Assembly (NCBI GenBank): GCA_918797485.1
Contig: CAKKNE010000005.1
Span: 4,154,001-4,218,000, forward strand
DNA: 64,000 nucleotides
Direction of reading: 5' to 3'
DNA from: Pelagomonas calceolata
Taxonomy: Eukaryota
The notes below the pieces were generated by a model. That model did not search any database, was not told where the DNA came from, and was given only the letters and a program-made list of their open reading frames with translations. A program made the position numbers and the translations under genes. Numbering within the stretch: the first letter of the stretch is position 1; each line of letters starts with the position of its first letter. Below, piece after piece: positions 1 through 11,000 of this stretch.

Positions 1-558
1 ACGGAACGAGGTTCGTACGGAGGCGCCGAGTACGTCCTCGCCAAAGCTCTAGCTGAATTACCATTGGACGCGTTCTTCGCGGCGCTCATGGGCTGGGGGC
101 TACATTTCTCCACACCAGGGGGTCTACGGTCGAGACCGGCGGGGCCGCTGGCGTTGGTCGCCGTCGCGGCGTCTACTTTGGGGTTGGCCGTCGGTGCGGC
201 TACGCCCGACGCGGATGCCGCGCTGGCGTTGGGCGTACCTCTGACGGTCATCCACATGCTCACGGGGATCATCAATCCCGCCGGCGAGAAGGCTCGCAAG
301 AAACCCGTGGCGGCTCTATCCCCAATCAAGTGGGGCGTCTCGTGGCTCATCGACCGCGAGTTCCGCGGCGCGACGCTACAGCGGGGCACGGGCCCTCGAT
401 TAGGCGGCCTGGCTTCCGTCGTGACGGGCGACCAGGTGCTCGAGCGGCTCGGTTTGGCCGCGACGCGGCCACACTTGGGGGCGCTCGTGGCGTTGGGGGT
501 GATTCATTTGACGGTCGCTGCTGTTTGCTCGGCGTTTCGCGGGCGGGGGCGGCGGTGA
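1..558 (+). CDS. ABCG-type ABC transporter, C-terminal transmembrane domain (5' truncated by window edge)
   Basis: Frame open from base 1: ERGSYGGAEYVLAKALAELPLD..., several hydrophobic helices and LSPIKWG, as in the ABC-2/ABCG membrane domain. Confidence 0.7.
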   Translation, partial: TERGSYGGAEYVLAKALAELPLDAFFAALMGWGLHFSTPGGLRSRPAGPLALVAVAASTLGLAVGAATPDADAALALGVPLTVIHMLTGIINPAGEKARKKPVAALSPIKWGVSWLIDREFRGATLQRGTGPRLGGLASVVTGDQVLERLGLAATRPHLGALVALGVIHLTVAAVCSAFRGRGRR

Positions 559-722
559 GTAGGAGTAACAATTAATTAATTGAAATTATTAGGCACTGTG
601 ATCAGCACTCTCGCCTCCGGACCCTCCGCTGGGGACTCCGGCGCACTCGTGGTGATTCTTAGGGGTTTCCCACATCCACCTCCTCGCCTCAGACGCAGCG
701 CCCTCTCCCACGACTCGATATA

Positions 723-1220
723 ATGATCAAGTACTTGGTAATTGTCCTTTGCTGTACCCCTACTGCGTGCGCTGGCGCGACCGATGACAAGGCAGTAAAC
801 GAGGCGACGGTGGCCTCGAAGAAAATTGGCGCCGGGCTCGGCATCGGAGGACTCGCCGGGGCCGCGGTCCTGCCGACGTTTCTCCTCGCCATCGGCCTGA
901 CGCCCGCCGGGCCCGTGGCCGGTGGCTGGTTCGCCGCGAGCCAAGGGGCCGGCGTCGCGGCGGGCTCCTGGATGGCGTCCTGGCAATCCATGGCCATGTT
1001 CGGGAGCCTCGCCAAGAGCTTCGCTGTTGGCGCAGGCTTCACCGCCACCGGCGCGGGCGCCGGGGCGCTGACGGCGTCGAAGGCTGAGATCGACGTCCGC
1101 TCCCTGACGCGGAAGATCGCGGGCACGACGGCCGCCGGCGCCCGGACCGCCGCGGCCTACACGTGCGACAAGGCCGCGAAGGTCTACTCGTACGCGAGCG
1201 ACACGCTCAGGGGCGACTAG
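723..1220 (+). CDS. IFI6/IFI27 (ISG12)-family small Gly/Ala-rich membrane protein
   Basis: LAIGLTPAGPVAGGWFAASQGAGVAAGSWMASWQSMA matches the ISG12 motif pattern; N-terminal signal-like peptide. Confidence 0.7.
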   Translation: MIKYLVIVLCCTPTACAGATDDKAVNEATVASKKIGAGLGIGGLAGAAVLPTFLLAIGLTPAGPVAGGWFAASQGAGVAAGSWMASWQSMAMFGSLAKSFAVGAGFTATGAGAGALTASKAEIDVRSLTRKIAGTTAAGARTAAAYTCDKAAKVYSYASDTLRGD

Positions 1221-1245
1221 TTCACACGACTGTTAATTCACTACA

Positions 1246-2490
1246 CTATAATTGCTCCGTCACGGGCAGGAGCTTCTTCTTCTTTTTCCGATTCTTCCGC
1301 TGCTTGTCCCGGACCGCCCGCTGCCGTTTCGCCTCCGCCAGCACCGCGTGCGCGGACGCGACGGCGACGGGCGAGACGCGCGGTTTCTCCGGCTGGCTGT
1401 TCACGAGGGACGCCGCGTCGATGTCGCCCGACGGCAGTAAATCAGGGGCCAGCAGCGACGCGTTCAACAACACGCCAAGCCCGCCCTGGCGTCTTAATCT
1501 ACAATCATCGCCCAGCACGTGCTTGCAGGCCAACGCGTGTCGAGCTAACGCCGCGGCGTAGAAGGCGTTCTCGAACAGCAGGAACCGCCTTATATCAGCC
1601 CAGTAGCCGTCTCCTCTTAAATCGCGAACGATGTCCACACTCGACAAGGACTTCGAGGCCGTGTTTTTCTTCCTCGCACTATCACGGTAGCGGTCCCACA
1701 TGTACGGCGCCTGGTCCGTGGGATCAAGCATGGCCTGCAACAGGTCTATAGTGGTCGGCCAACTTTCAACAACCCCAACCACCAGGACATCCTCCAGATT
1801 CGACAAAGCCGACACGAGCTTCTCGGGCATCGGGGCTTTCCGCCCCAACGGTAGACCATCGACGGCCCCCAGATACGTCAAACCATTTTGATAGAAGCGG
1901 TTCGACCCTCGAGGTAAAAATTTCTCGGCCGCATTGCGGACATCACTCACCGTTTTCAGGGACTTGTCGTGGTACCTCATGCCCGAGATCCACGTACTGA
2001 GGGGTTCTCGTACTACCGTAACATAAAAGTACTTTCTACCCTGTGGTACCAACATATGCATCCCATAGTGAAAATGGCCTCCCACAATATGAGATAAAGC
2101 CCCCAAATTCTCCGTCCTAGGGTTCCGTCGCCCGTCCTCGCCCATGACCAGCCTTCTGTTGAGGTTAACCATATCCCTTAGTCTACAGGGTACTGTTGCA
2201 CCTCTTGGTGACCCTCCCTTCTGGCACTGGACCAGACAAGCCCACCGCTTATTGCATTTCTCGGCGTACCTCCGGAAAATGCCTCTCACGGAAGAACCGG
2301 CCGCCTTGAAGACGTGGACGAATAAAATGATCGGCTCGGCGCGGACGTCCGCGGCCTTGTTTGTGTCGGTTTCCTTGCTGCATTCGAGTCTAGGTAATGT
2401 TTGGTAGACCGTGGTGTTTCCCAGGGTTGACTTCGCAAGCGCATTGACTTGCGCGACGACGAGGCACAATAGGGCTGCTGCGTGACGCAT
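1246..2490 (-). CDS. Secretory-pathway sulfotransferase-family protein
   Basis: Signal peptide MRHAAALLCLVVAQVNA; PAPS-binding-type motifs FVHVFKAAGSSV and VVREPLS, plus VGVVE. Confidence 0.75.
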   Translation of the reverse strand: MRHAAALLCLVVAQVNALAKSTLGNTTVYQTLPRLECSKETDTNKAADVRAEPIILFVHVFKAAGSSVRGIFRRYAEKCNKRWACLVQCQKGGSPRGATVPCRLRDMVNLNRRLVMGEDGRRNPRTENLGALSHIVGGHFHYGMHMLVPQGRKYFYVTVVREPLSTWISGMRYHDKSLKTVSDVRNAAEKFLPRGSNRFYQNGLTYLGAVDGLPLGRKAPMPEKLVSALSNLEDVLVVGVVESWPTTIDLLQAMLDPTDQAPYMWDRYRDSARKKNTASKSLSSVDIVRDLRGDGYWADIRRFLLFENAFYAAALARHALACKHVLGDDCRLRRQGGLGVLLNASLLAPDLLPSGDIDAASLVNSQPEKPRVSPVAVASAHAVLAEAKRQRAVRDKQRKNRKKKKKLLPVTEQL

Positions 2491-2896
2491 TGCTTTGCCG
2501 CGCCGTAAGGGCCGCAGCGATGGCGTGCAGCACTGAGTCGACTTTTGCACAGCAGAGCGCCCCTCAGCACCTGCAAATGTTGCAGTTTAGCATGTGTTTT
2601 GCTGTGGTTTTGCCCCACAAAAAAAGCTGAGAGACGGGTTTTTGAAAATCGAATCGCACGCCGTTGCGATCTCCACACCGCTCCAACACCCGCACGGAGT
2701 CGTTCCGCCCGCCCGCGCGCATTCTAGCGACATTTTCTCATGGATAGCCAAAAGCAGCCAGGCCAGCGTGGCCGTCTTCGCTGCCGGCGCTGCCCACCGC
2801 ACGCAGCTCACCACACGCAGCGCGGGAACCGCCGACGGTTGTGACAAAACGCAGCCCCGCCCGACGCCTTTACATCAACAAAACCAAAGACATACC

Positions 2897-3700
2897 ATGG
2901 GCCTGTTTGGGGGAGGCAGCGAACAGAAGGACGAGGGCGACACGCCGCCGGCGGTCGCGAAGAAGGACGACGACCGGCACCTGCGGCGGCAGGACAGCGA
3001 GGCGCCGTCGACGGTCTGCCCCTGCGCGTGCGGCAACCGCTTTTTGGATTGGATGAAGGGGTTTATCGAGATCAAGCCCTTCAAGGTCGAGCCGCGGCTG
3101 GCGCAGATGCGCTGGGAGCAGATCCGGGTCGACGGGCCATGGTTCTACCGCAACAGGCACCTGGGGTGCTTCCTGTGCAAGCACGTCGACCCGCTGCGCG
3201 AGTGCTGCCCGGCGCCGCTCCAGGAGTGCACGTGCTTCCCGTTGCTGTTCCCGATCGCGACGCACATCACGTTCCTGCCCTTCGGGCAGGCGGTCACGAG
3301 CGCGCGGCACGAGGAGCTCTGCTGGCCGCCCGCCTGCTGCTGTAACCTCGGCGCGCAGGGCTGCGTCGCGTGCTCGGCGCTGGCCTGGCCCTTTTACTTT
3401 TGCGCGTGGCCGGCGCCCCTCGCCTGTTGCGTCTCCCCGGTCATTTTTTCTTTCACCGGAGCGTTCCTGACGGCGTACCAGCGGTACAAGATCATCAAGG
3501 CGTACGGCATCGACGACGACCACCTGGACGACTACTTCGGGGACCACGTCGGGTCCGACGCGTGCAAGCTCGCCCTCGACTGCGTCTGCTACCCCTGCTC
3601 GGCCTGGCACCAGAACGTCTTCCTGCAGGAGATGCGCTCCTTCGGCCACGCGGAGGAGGCGGGCGACATCGTCGTGACGCGTGAGCCGGGGGGCGTCTGA
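2897..3700 (+). CDS. Cys-rich PLAC8-like membrane protein
   Basis: QRYKIIKAYGI...DCVCYPCSAWHQ resembles the PLAC8 C-terminal motif; many Cys clusters. Confidence 0.6.
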   Translation: MGLFGGGSEQKDEGDTPPAVAKKDDDRHLRRQDSEAPSTVCPCACGNRFLDWMKGFIEIKPFKVEPRLAQMRWEQIRVDGPWFYRNRHLGCFLCKHVDPLRECCPAPLQECTCFPLLFPIATHITFLPFGQAVTSARHEELCWPPACCCNLGAQGCVACSALAWPFYFCAWPAPLACCVSPVIFSFTGAFLTAYQRYKIIKAYGIDDDHLDDYFGDHVGSDACKLALDCVCYPCSAWHQNVFLQEMRSFGHAEEAGDIVVTREPGGV

Positions 3701-3730
3701 TTCATGAGTGTTTACAGTAATTACATACAA

Positions 3731-4786
3731 CTACATCGCCTCTTTGATAGTTGCCACGAGCGCGTCGCGGTGGCGGAGGACATCGGCCCGCGACAGCACC
3801 GAGCAGCGGACCTCGACGGAGCACCGCGGCGCAGCGCGCTCGGGCAGGTAGACCGCCGCGTGCAGCACCCGGCACGCGTCCCAGACGAGGGCCCGGCCCC
3901 GCGCTTCGGATAACACTGCGGCCGCATCTAAAGCCGCGTCTAGCGCCGCACGGACGCCGTCGTCGGGATGCTCGGAGCAGGCGTCGCGCTGGCGCGCGCA
4001 GGCGTCGCATAAAGCAGAGCTCGTTGCTTTGTCGAAGAACGCGAGGGGCGGCGCCGCGCGCGGGCACGCGTCCGTCAGCTGGAGCCAGTAGTTCACCTGG
4101 CCCGGCCGGGGCGCCCTATTCGCGACGTCGTACGCGATGCCGCTCGTCGCGAGCGCTTTCCGGACGCGGGCGTCGCCCAGGGCCTCGCCCAGCGTCGCGC
4201 AGCCGAGGCCGCGCGCGTCGAGGTGCGGGAAGGTCCGCATGAACGACACGACCGCGAAGAGGCCCACCACCTGTGCACAAATAAACCAGTGAGTCGGTTC
4301 GTGGGTGGAGGCCATGATGATTTATGCACTGCCCACCACAGGCGCATCCAGATGAAAATTCAGGAACGGCGCCGACGACGTCCGGTGCTGCGTGTCTCGA
4401 AACTGGACGTCGCTCGCGAAGGCCTCGAGGCCCGTCGCCCGGCGCGCCTCCGCCGATGCCTCCGCGAGGAGAGCGGCGAGGAGCGCGTCATCTTGCGCCT
4501 CGAGGTCGTCGAGGGACGCGCCGGCGACGGCGACGCGCGGCGCGAGGCGGGTGAGCGCGTGCCGGTCGAGGGCTGTCGGCACGGCGTAGAAGCCTCGCGT
4601 CTTTAACGTTGCTCTTGCGTCCTCGACATAAAACGCGTTGCGCAAGAGCCGCACGGGCGCGGGCCGGTCGAAGCGCAGGTTGTTGATGATCAGCTGCGGT
4701 TTTGACGATGATTGGTCTTGCGTTGCGTCGACGCGCGGTTCGGCCTCGAGCACGGAGAAGCGGCGGGTGGGTCGTGCTGCAATCAT
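3731..4786 (-). CDS. Putative 2OG-Fe(II) dioxygenase-fold protein, 2 exons (intron 4271..4339)
   Basis: Splicing joins FHLDAP|VVGLF; HxD motif, distal H (VLHAA) and RCS motif. Confidence 0.6.
4271..4339 (-). mobile_element. Introner-type intron (GT-AG)
   Basis: Perfect duplication GTGGTGGG on both sides; ends CAGTGCATAAAT...ATTTGTGCACAG are imperfect inverted repeats; removal deletes an in-frame stop. Confidence 0.85.
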
Positions 4787-4845
4787 TTTGCTGTCACTGC
4801 GGAGTCTTCAAAGGGCTGTAAACTAGAGAGCTGCTGTCATTGTGT

Positions 4846-4990
4846 TTGTAATCGCTGGAGAGCCATAATCTGCGATGGCACTGGATTAGGGCAGGCCGAC
4901 GATGCGTATTGTGTTAATAAGGCTCACGGCTTACTTGTGCAAATGCAAGTCGTGAGTTGGTGGGCTGCTAGTGTGTTACAGACCGCTAGC
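4846..4990 (+). repeat. Diverged direct repeat, copy A (promoter-like)
   Basis: Blocks ATCTGCGATGGCACTG, GACGATGCGTAT, TAAGGCTCACGGC, TGCAAGTCG and GCTAGTGTGTTA are shared, in the same order, with 11643..11862. Confidence 0.85.
4967..4990 (-). promoter_or_regulatory. Recurrent promoter element
   Basis: gctagtgtgttacagaccgctagc. Confidence 0.75.
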
Positions 4991-5615
4991 TCGAGACGAA
5001 TGCGCGAGTGGCCGTCACAGCATAGATGATGTGGCGAGCGACGCGTCGGGAGAGTACTGCCCGGTGGTCGTCTCATCGATCGAAAATCGGACGTCGTCGC
5101 GCGGCCGTCGTGGACGTCGCGAAATCGGAAGAAGACCATCCCGTCGCCGCGAGCTGTCTAAGTAGCCATCGCAGTCCTCCTCGTCGCCTCGTAAGCCGTG
5201 GCGCGGGGCCACTGAGCCCAAAAGTCAGACCGCGCGCGCGGCGTCGTTCTAGCTCGACAAAAACGCCACAAAACACCGTCCGGACGCCCGCGCCTAAAGT
5301 ATCACGCGTCGCGCAGGGTAGACCTCTTCACGTGCGACCGCCAGAGGCCAAAAATCGCGCGCGAAGAGCGCGCGACCGACGCCCAAACGCTGTAAAGCTC
5401 TGGACACACTTTCGCGACAACGCGGCGTACGGGGCCGCGCCGCGCGTCGCCCGCCGCCGTACGCGGCGAGACGGCCGCCTGTACCCCCACGCGAGCCGGA
5501 CGCGCCCCCGACGCAGGCCGCCGACGCCCGCCGTCCGTCCCGTCGCCTCGAAGTTCGCCAGGACGACCTCCTCCTCCTCACAAGGTGCCGCCGCGTAGCC
5601 CACAAGCCCGCCAAG

Positions 5616-6221
5616 ATGAAGTCGAACTCGATCATCGCCCTCGCTCTACTCGCGCGCGCCGTGGTGGCCGTCGCGCCGCGGGCCGCCGCGCGGGACCCGG
5701 TCCTGCCGACGTGGGATCCTGCCCTGCCGCCGCCCGTGCCCGCTAGATACCACCACGCCTGGCAGACCCTACTGGGTGTGTGGGGCACGGTGAAATTGGT
5801 AGCTCCATGTGTCTACCGCGAGGCGCGCGCCGTCAGCAGTGTCCTCCTGTGTCTCATCGCGTGGGTGCTGGACTTCGGCCGCGATGCGCTGGAGGCCCTC
5901 GGGATTCCGGTGAGTCTTGATGGCGTCTTCTTTGCCCTCCTCGTGGGCGCGTTGGTCTACAAGGCGCGGTCCGTACTCTTAGCCTTCCTCGCGTACCTCC
6001 GGTCCGTGATCATGAGCGTCGGCCCGCAGCTCCTCAGCTACTACATGACGATGCACCCGCCGCTCCGCGACCACGCGATCCCCTGCCTGAGGGCGTTCCG
6101 CTTCTTCGTCGCTTCGTTCTTCCCCAAGCACAAGGAGGCCGCGGACGCGCTCGCGGACGACGTCGAGATGGGACTCCGCGAGGCGGTGGGGCTCGGCGAG
6201 TCGGGCGGCGGGCAGGACTAG
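5616..6221 (+). CDS. Hypothetical membrane protein with signal peptide
   Basis: ATG-initiated 201-aa ORF with strong GC3 bias and hydrophobic segments. Confidence 0.65.
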   Translation: MKSNSIIALALLARAVVAVAPRAAARDPVLPTWDPALPPPVPARYHHAWQTLLGVWGTVKLVAPCVYREARAVSSVLLCLIAWVLDFGRDALEALGIPVSLDGVFFALLVGALVYKARSVLLAFLAYLRSVIMSVGPQLLSYYMTMHPPLRDHAIPCLRAFRFFVASFFPKHKEAADALADDVEMGLREAVGLGESGGGQD

Positions 6222-8064
6222 GTCGCTTACGACGCGCGCGCGCCGTCCTTCTCCCACTCTTTTGTTCGCGCGTCTTCCTCGGAATCCTCCCCGCCCCGTC
6301 GTCTGCATAAGGTGGACCTACTTCGTTCCTTACGCGAGCCTTTGAAGCGGACTGGACGAGTACCTGCCGGTGATGCGAACAGGACGAGTCGGCCGTCGCA
6401 GCGCGACGACGGCGTCGGTCATCACGGGCGGGCGCCAGCGCGCGCCAGTCGCGGCGCTGGCGCCGTCCAGGTCGCCGCGCCTCGTGGTAGCTCGGGCGCC
6501 CGCGACCTCGGCTCGACCTCGGATGTTCGAAGTAGTAGCACTACGCCGTCGGCGCCGTGGCGGCAGGCTTTGACGGCGTACAGCGCTTACTTAGAGTGCT
6601 CTAGTTGAGGACCGCCGACGGCTCTACGAGGGCTTCGCGCCGCACGAGGGCAGCGCCTCAGATGCGGCCCGCGACAGCGAGAGGGGCACGTCGTCCAGGC
6701 CCACGAGGCGCGTACGGTCGACTCGTCGTCATCGACGTGCCGTATACGCTCAATCGACGGGCGCTCCGAGTCGGAGAGAGGAGCTCCACGTCATCGCTGT
6801 CGCGGCGGCGTGCATGCTCTGGGGTAGGTTCCGCTAGTGGCCGATTCGCGAGCGGAAGTCCGTCGCAGAACGTGCGCTAACCTCGGGCGCTGACGCGGTG
6901 ACACGTCTGCCCTCGGTGCGCAACTCTCGGGCGCCTCTCGCATGATGAGGCGCTGCCGCGGCGGAGTTTGAGCGACGACCGCTATCACGAGTGCCGCGAG
7001 TGTTTTTGCTGGAGGTATGCCCCGATCCTCCGGCACCACTAAATGAGCGTGACGCCGAATGCGCGCCGCGAGGGCTGCCTGGCATGTGCAGCCAGAGTTC
7101 TATTGTGGAGCAGCTACGGGCGCCTGCAAGCTGCACGAACTGTAGTGCTGCTCGTACCGTTAGAATGAACTCTCCTCGCACGAGTTCTATTCATCGCAAC
7201 GGCCTCGCTACTGCGCACGCCGCCAGCGCTCTGCCTGATGATGTGCTGCTGCAGACTCCAGAGAGAGCCATTAGTACTGGATGGCCACAGTACGTTTCGG
7301 GGAGGAAGCGGTCGGCTCGGATTGGTGAGGAGATCGCTTTTTTCGTGCGGGTTGCACCGCGAGCAGCCAAAGCACAAAAGCTAAACGAGCTCTGCCATTG
7401 AGGGGCAGCCCCTCTGACATAGCAAGCTCGTCAAGAGGCTCACAGCAGCCCTCAACTGCCGTGCGCACCATCACAATGGATCCACGAGCCGCACCCGCGG
7501 CTCGGGCATGCTGAAATCACCGGAGCAAAACCCGCGCCCTTCATCGGCGTGGTCAAGCCTCCGGCGGCCGTAAAAAGCCACCACATCGAAGAATAACTGG
7601 CGCGCCGCCGCGTACGTATCACGCCCTTCATCGTTGGCCAGGCTTGGCTCTCAGCTCACCTGAGGCCCCAAGGGTCAGCTTGATAGCTTATGCCCCTTTG
7701 CGCGGCGCGCGGCGCTGCGCGCCGGCCGCAGCCGCAGCGCGGACGCGCGGAGACAAAATAACGGCCGTCGACCGCACGGCGCCTCTCTGAGAGCCCTTCG
7801 CGCGTCGAGCGGCGCGCCGAGCGCTAATCGCGTCCGTCCGCGCAGATCAAACAAATCGCACTACATCTGCTACCACATCCCCTACTACTTCATTCACATT
7901 TACTACAACATCACTACATCATTTCCTCGACCTCTACAGCTAGCATTAGATCTGCAAGGCCAAGTAGAGCTCGAAGGCCACTCAGGTAAAACACCTGTTA
8001 CATCAACCAAGAACTCGTGACGGTGCTGCGCGAAGCACCACTAGTTCGCCCGCCCAAGCGCACG

Positions 8065-11000
8065 ATGTGGCGGGTTATTTTTAGCATCTTCGTGGCGACG
8101 ACGCTGGTCGGGGCGACGCCGTCGGACGAGGAAGAAAAGAAAGACACGCTCCAGCATTATGCGGACCAGAGCCTGTTCTCCGGTTCGCGAAACGAGGAGG
8201 CGCCGCGGCAGGAGGCGCTGCAGCCCATGGAGACGACGCCGGACGCTCCTCCTCGCGACTATCATAACGACGACGAAGTCCAAGAGTATGCGGATCGCTT
8301 AGCGTCCGCGGCGGACGGGAGCAACTTAGGGAACGTCATCAATTTAGTTAAGAGGGGCGCGCGACAGGTTTTTCGACCTATCAAGAACGTGGTTCGTGCT
8401 GTCAAGTGTAAGCGGAGACCGTCGTCGTGCAACGAAGACGAGCCTGCTCCCAAGATGCCGCGCGTCGATGCGGGCGACGACATGGAGGTGCTCGGCGCGC
8501 ACGGCGGCCCTCACGGCGAGGCGGCGACCTCGACGGTCCCAGAAACAGAGGTAATAATACTCGACGCGAACGGCGGCCAGCACGAGACGGTGTCTGCGTC
8601 CAATGGCGCCATGCCGATGGTGGTCGAAGCGAACGGCGTCCAGCACGGCACGACGACGTCGTGCACGGACGACCCGGTGGCTATCCTGTCGGATTGGGAC
8701 AAGTATCCTATCTTCAAGGATTACTTCCAGCAGTTCCTCGCTGAAGATTACCAAGTGCGCCGCGGCAAGTTCACGGTGGAGAAAGTGTGGCGGGCCTCTT
8801 TTGAGGATTCCCAGCTCGTGGAGCTGTGCAAGGGCGCGGAACGAGGAGGGCAAGAGTTCGTGAACGCATTATTTTTGATGGGCAAAGAACGGACTCGGGG
8901 TGAGAAAAGAGAATACGTCGTCTACGCGGTCAGCTCGACGATCGTGTTTGAGACCTCGGAGGCGCACGACAACTTCCTCGAGGAATTCAAGCGCCTTCGG
9001 CCGCTTGATGCGTACTTGTTCGACGAGGTGCTGCCCTACAACATCGAGAGCTACGAGGGCTACACGTACATCAGGATCTTCGGCATCGGCGAGGGCTGGG
9101 ACATTCAGCGCGCCAGTCATTACAGATACTTTCCGAAGGGGTGGCCGGAACTGACGACGGGCCAGGAGAAGCGCCTGCGATCCTCTCTCATCAAGAGCGT
9201 GCACTGGGTCGCTACGGAGACTGACGGCGTGCACTGGCGGGAATGCCCCGTCACGCGGAAGAAACTCGTCGTGGTCCACACGATCAAGAGCTACGGCCGC
9301 GAGCCGCGCAAGATGGCGGGCCTGTCCACGGAGGGCGTGCTCATCGTCGCGGTGCAGGTCTTTTCGCAAGGCATCGTGCCGTTCAACAAGCAGATCGGCT
9401 GTCGGCAGGAGTACATGTTCCGCGCGGTCTACCAGTCCTGGGACAAGACGAAGTCGGTGGGCGGCAAGGGTTACACGTACGAAGGCCGGGCCTGCGTGCA
9501 GGTCGACGCCATGGATATCGGCGAGGACGAGCCCGAGGAGTGCATCGAGGACCCCGATTACACGCTGCGCTTCGAGCCGCAAATGATAGAGATGTTAATC
9601 TCCGCCTGCGGCGACCTACCTATAGAGTACGAGGACATCGAGGCCGTCGTGGACGCTTCCAACAGCCTATTGTTTAGATTTACGGTGATCGAGTACGCCT
9701 CGGAGCTCATCGAGGAGGCGCTGCAGGACGCCGACGCGACGCCGCCGTTCGACCTGCTCACCCCGGAACGTCTGGCGCGCGTGCGCGTCGCGACGGGCCT
9801 GCCGCCGTCGCAGTCTTACACGGTGCTTTTGTCGGACGAGGCGAAGCCGTTCCGGGACGCGCTCGTGGCCATGCGCGTCCTGCGCGAAGCCTACTCGATG
9901 CCGAAGCCCGAGGTCGTCGAGAAGGCACACCGTCGGCTCGTGACCAAGGGTAACCCGTCGGAGTTAGTGAAGGCGGCCCGGCTTACCGGTGACAAAGCCG
10001 TGAAGGCCGACGAGGTCCTCGCGCTGGTGCGCCGGTACAATTTGCGGTTGGTGTCTGCCGTGGATCGCTTCCTCGCGAAGCTGGTGGAGCTCTGGATGGC
10101 CTCGGACAAGAAGATGTACCTGCTCGAAGACGCGCGGATCGTGGCGGCCGCGCGCCACGCGGCGGGCGTGTGCCCCGCACAATACGAGTGGCTCCTGGGC
10201 AACGGCGACATCGCGAAGCAGATCCGAGACACCCTCGCGGAGCTCGGCCTCTTCTGCGGCAAGCCTGCCGATGCCGACGACATCAACAACGCACATGCTG
10301 CTCTGTTGAAAAGTTTGAAGCCGTCGCCGCTCGTCGAAGCCCTGAAAGGCCGCGTCAAGAAGGAGGCCATCGACGGCGTGCGCGTCGCCGTTCTAGGAGC
10401 GGGTTGGAACTGGGGCAGAGTTACAGGGCTCGAGTGCGTGTTTGTGGAGGCCGCCAAGCGCTGCCCCAAGCCCTGTGAGGAAGGCCTCCTCGCGTCGGCG
10501 CCGCGGCTGGCCGAAGCGCGCAACGCGTGCCCGAGCTTCGTGGATGTCCGCTGGCTCAAGGCGCTCCTCGACCACCATCACGACGACGGCATCGTGGTGC
10601 GATCAGCGATGGAAGAGGCGGGCCTCTTCCGCGATATGGCATCGCTCAAGAGCTACAACGACTATTCAGAAGCGCTGGGCACGTGGACCCACGATGCCTG
10701 CGTCGCGGCTGGCTTTGAGGTGGACAAGTGCGCCGCGACCGTCGCCGACGTGCGCCTCAAAATCTTTAGCATGAAGGGCGTGGAGTGGTCCGTTTTTGAT
10801 CCCATCGTGGCGGCCGCCTTCGTGCCGGCGCAGAAGGCTGGCGGCCACCTCTTCGACGCGGAGATCCTCGCTGATGCTATCAAAAGATCCGTGACTAGCC
10901 GGCAATGGCAAAACTTTTATCCGTTCCTCGGCCTCGCAAACGCCGGAGACCCCACCGCTGTGGCGGTTCGCGAGAAGCTCGACGGCCTACTCGCTGGCGA

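Noticed and set aside
6222..8016. Short ORFs in the long gap (e.g. 6991..7401)
   Set aside because: Mostly non-ATG starts, no codon bias and no recognisable motifs
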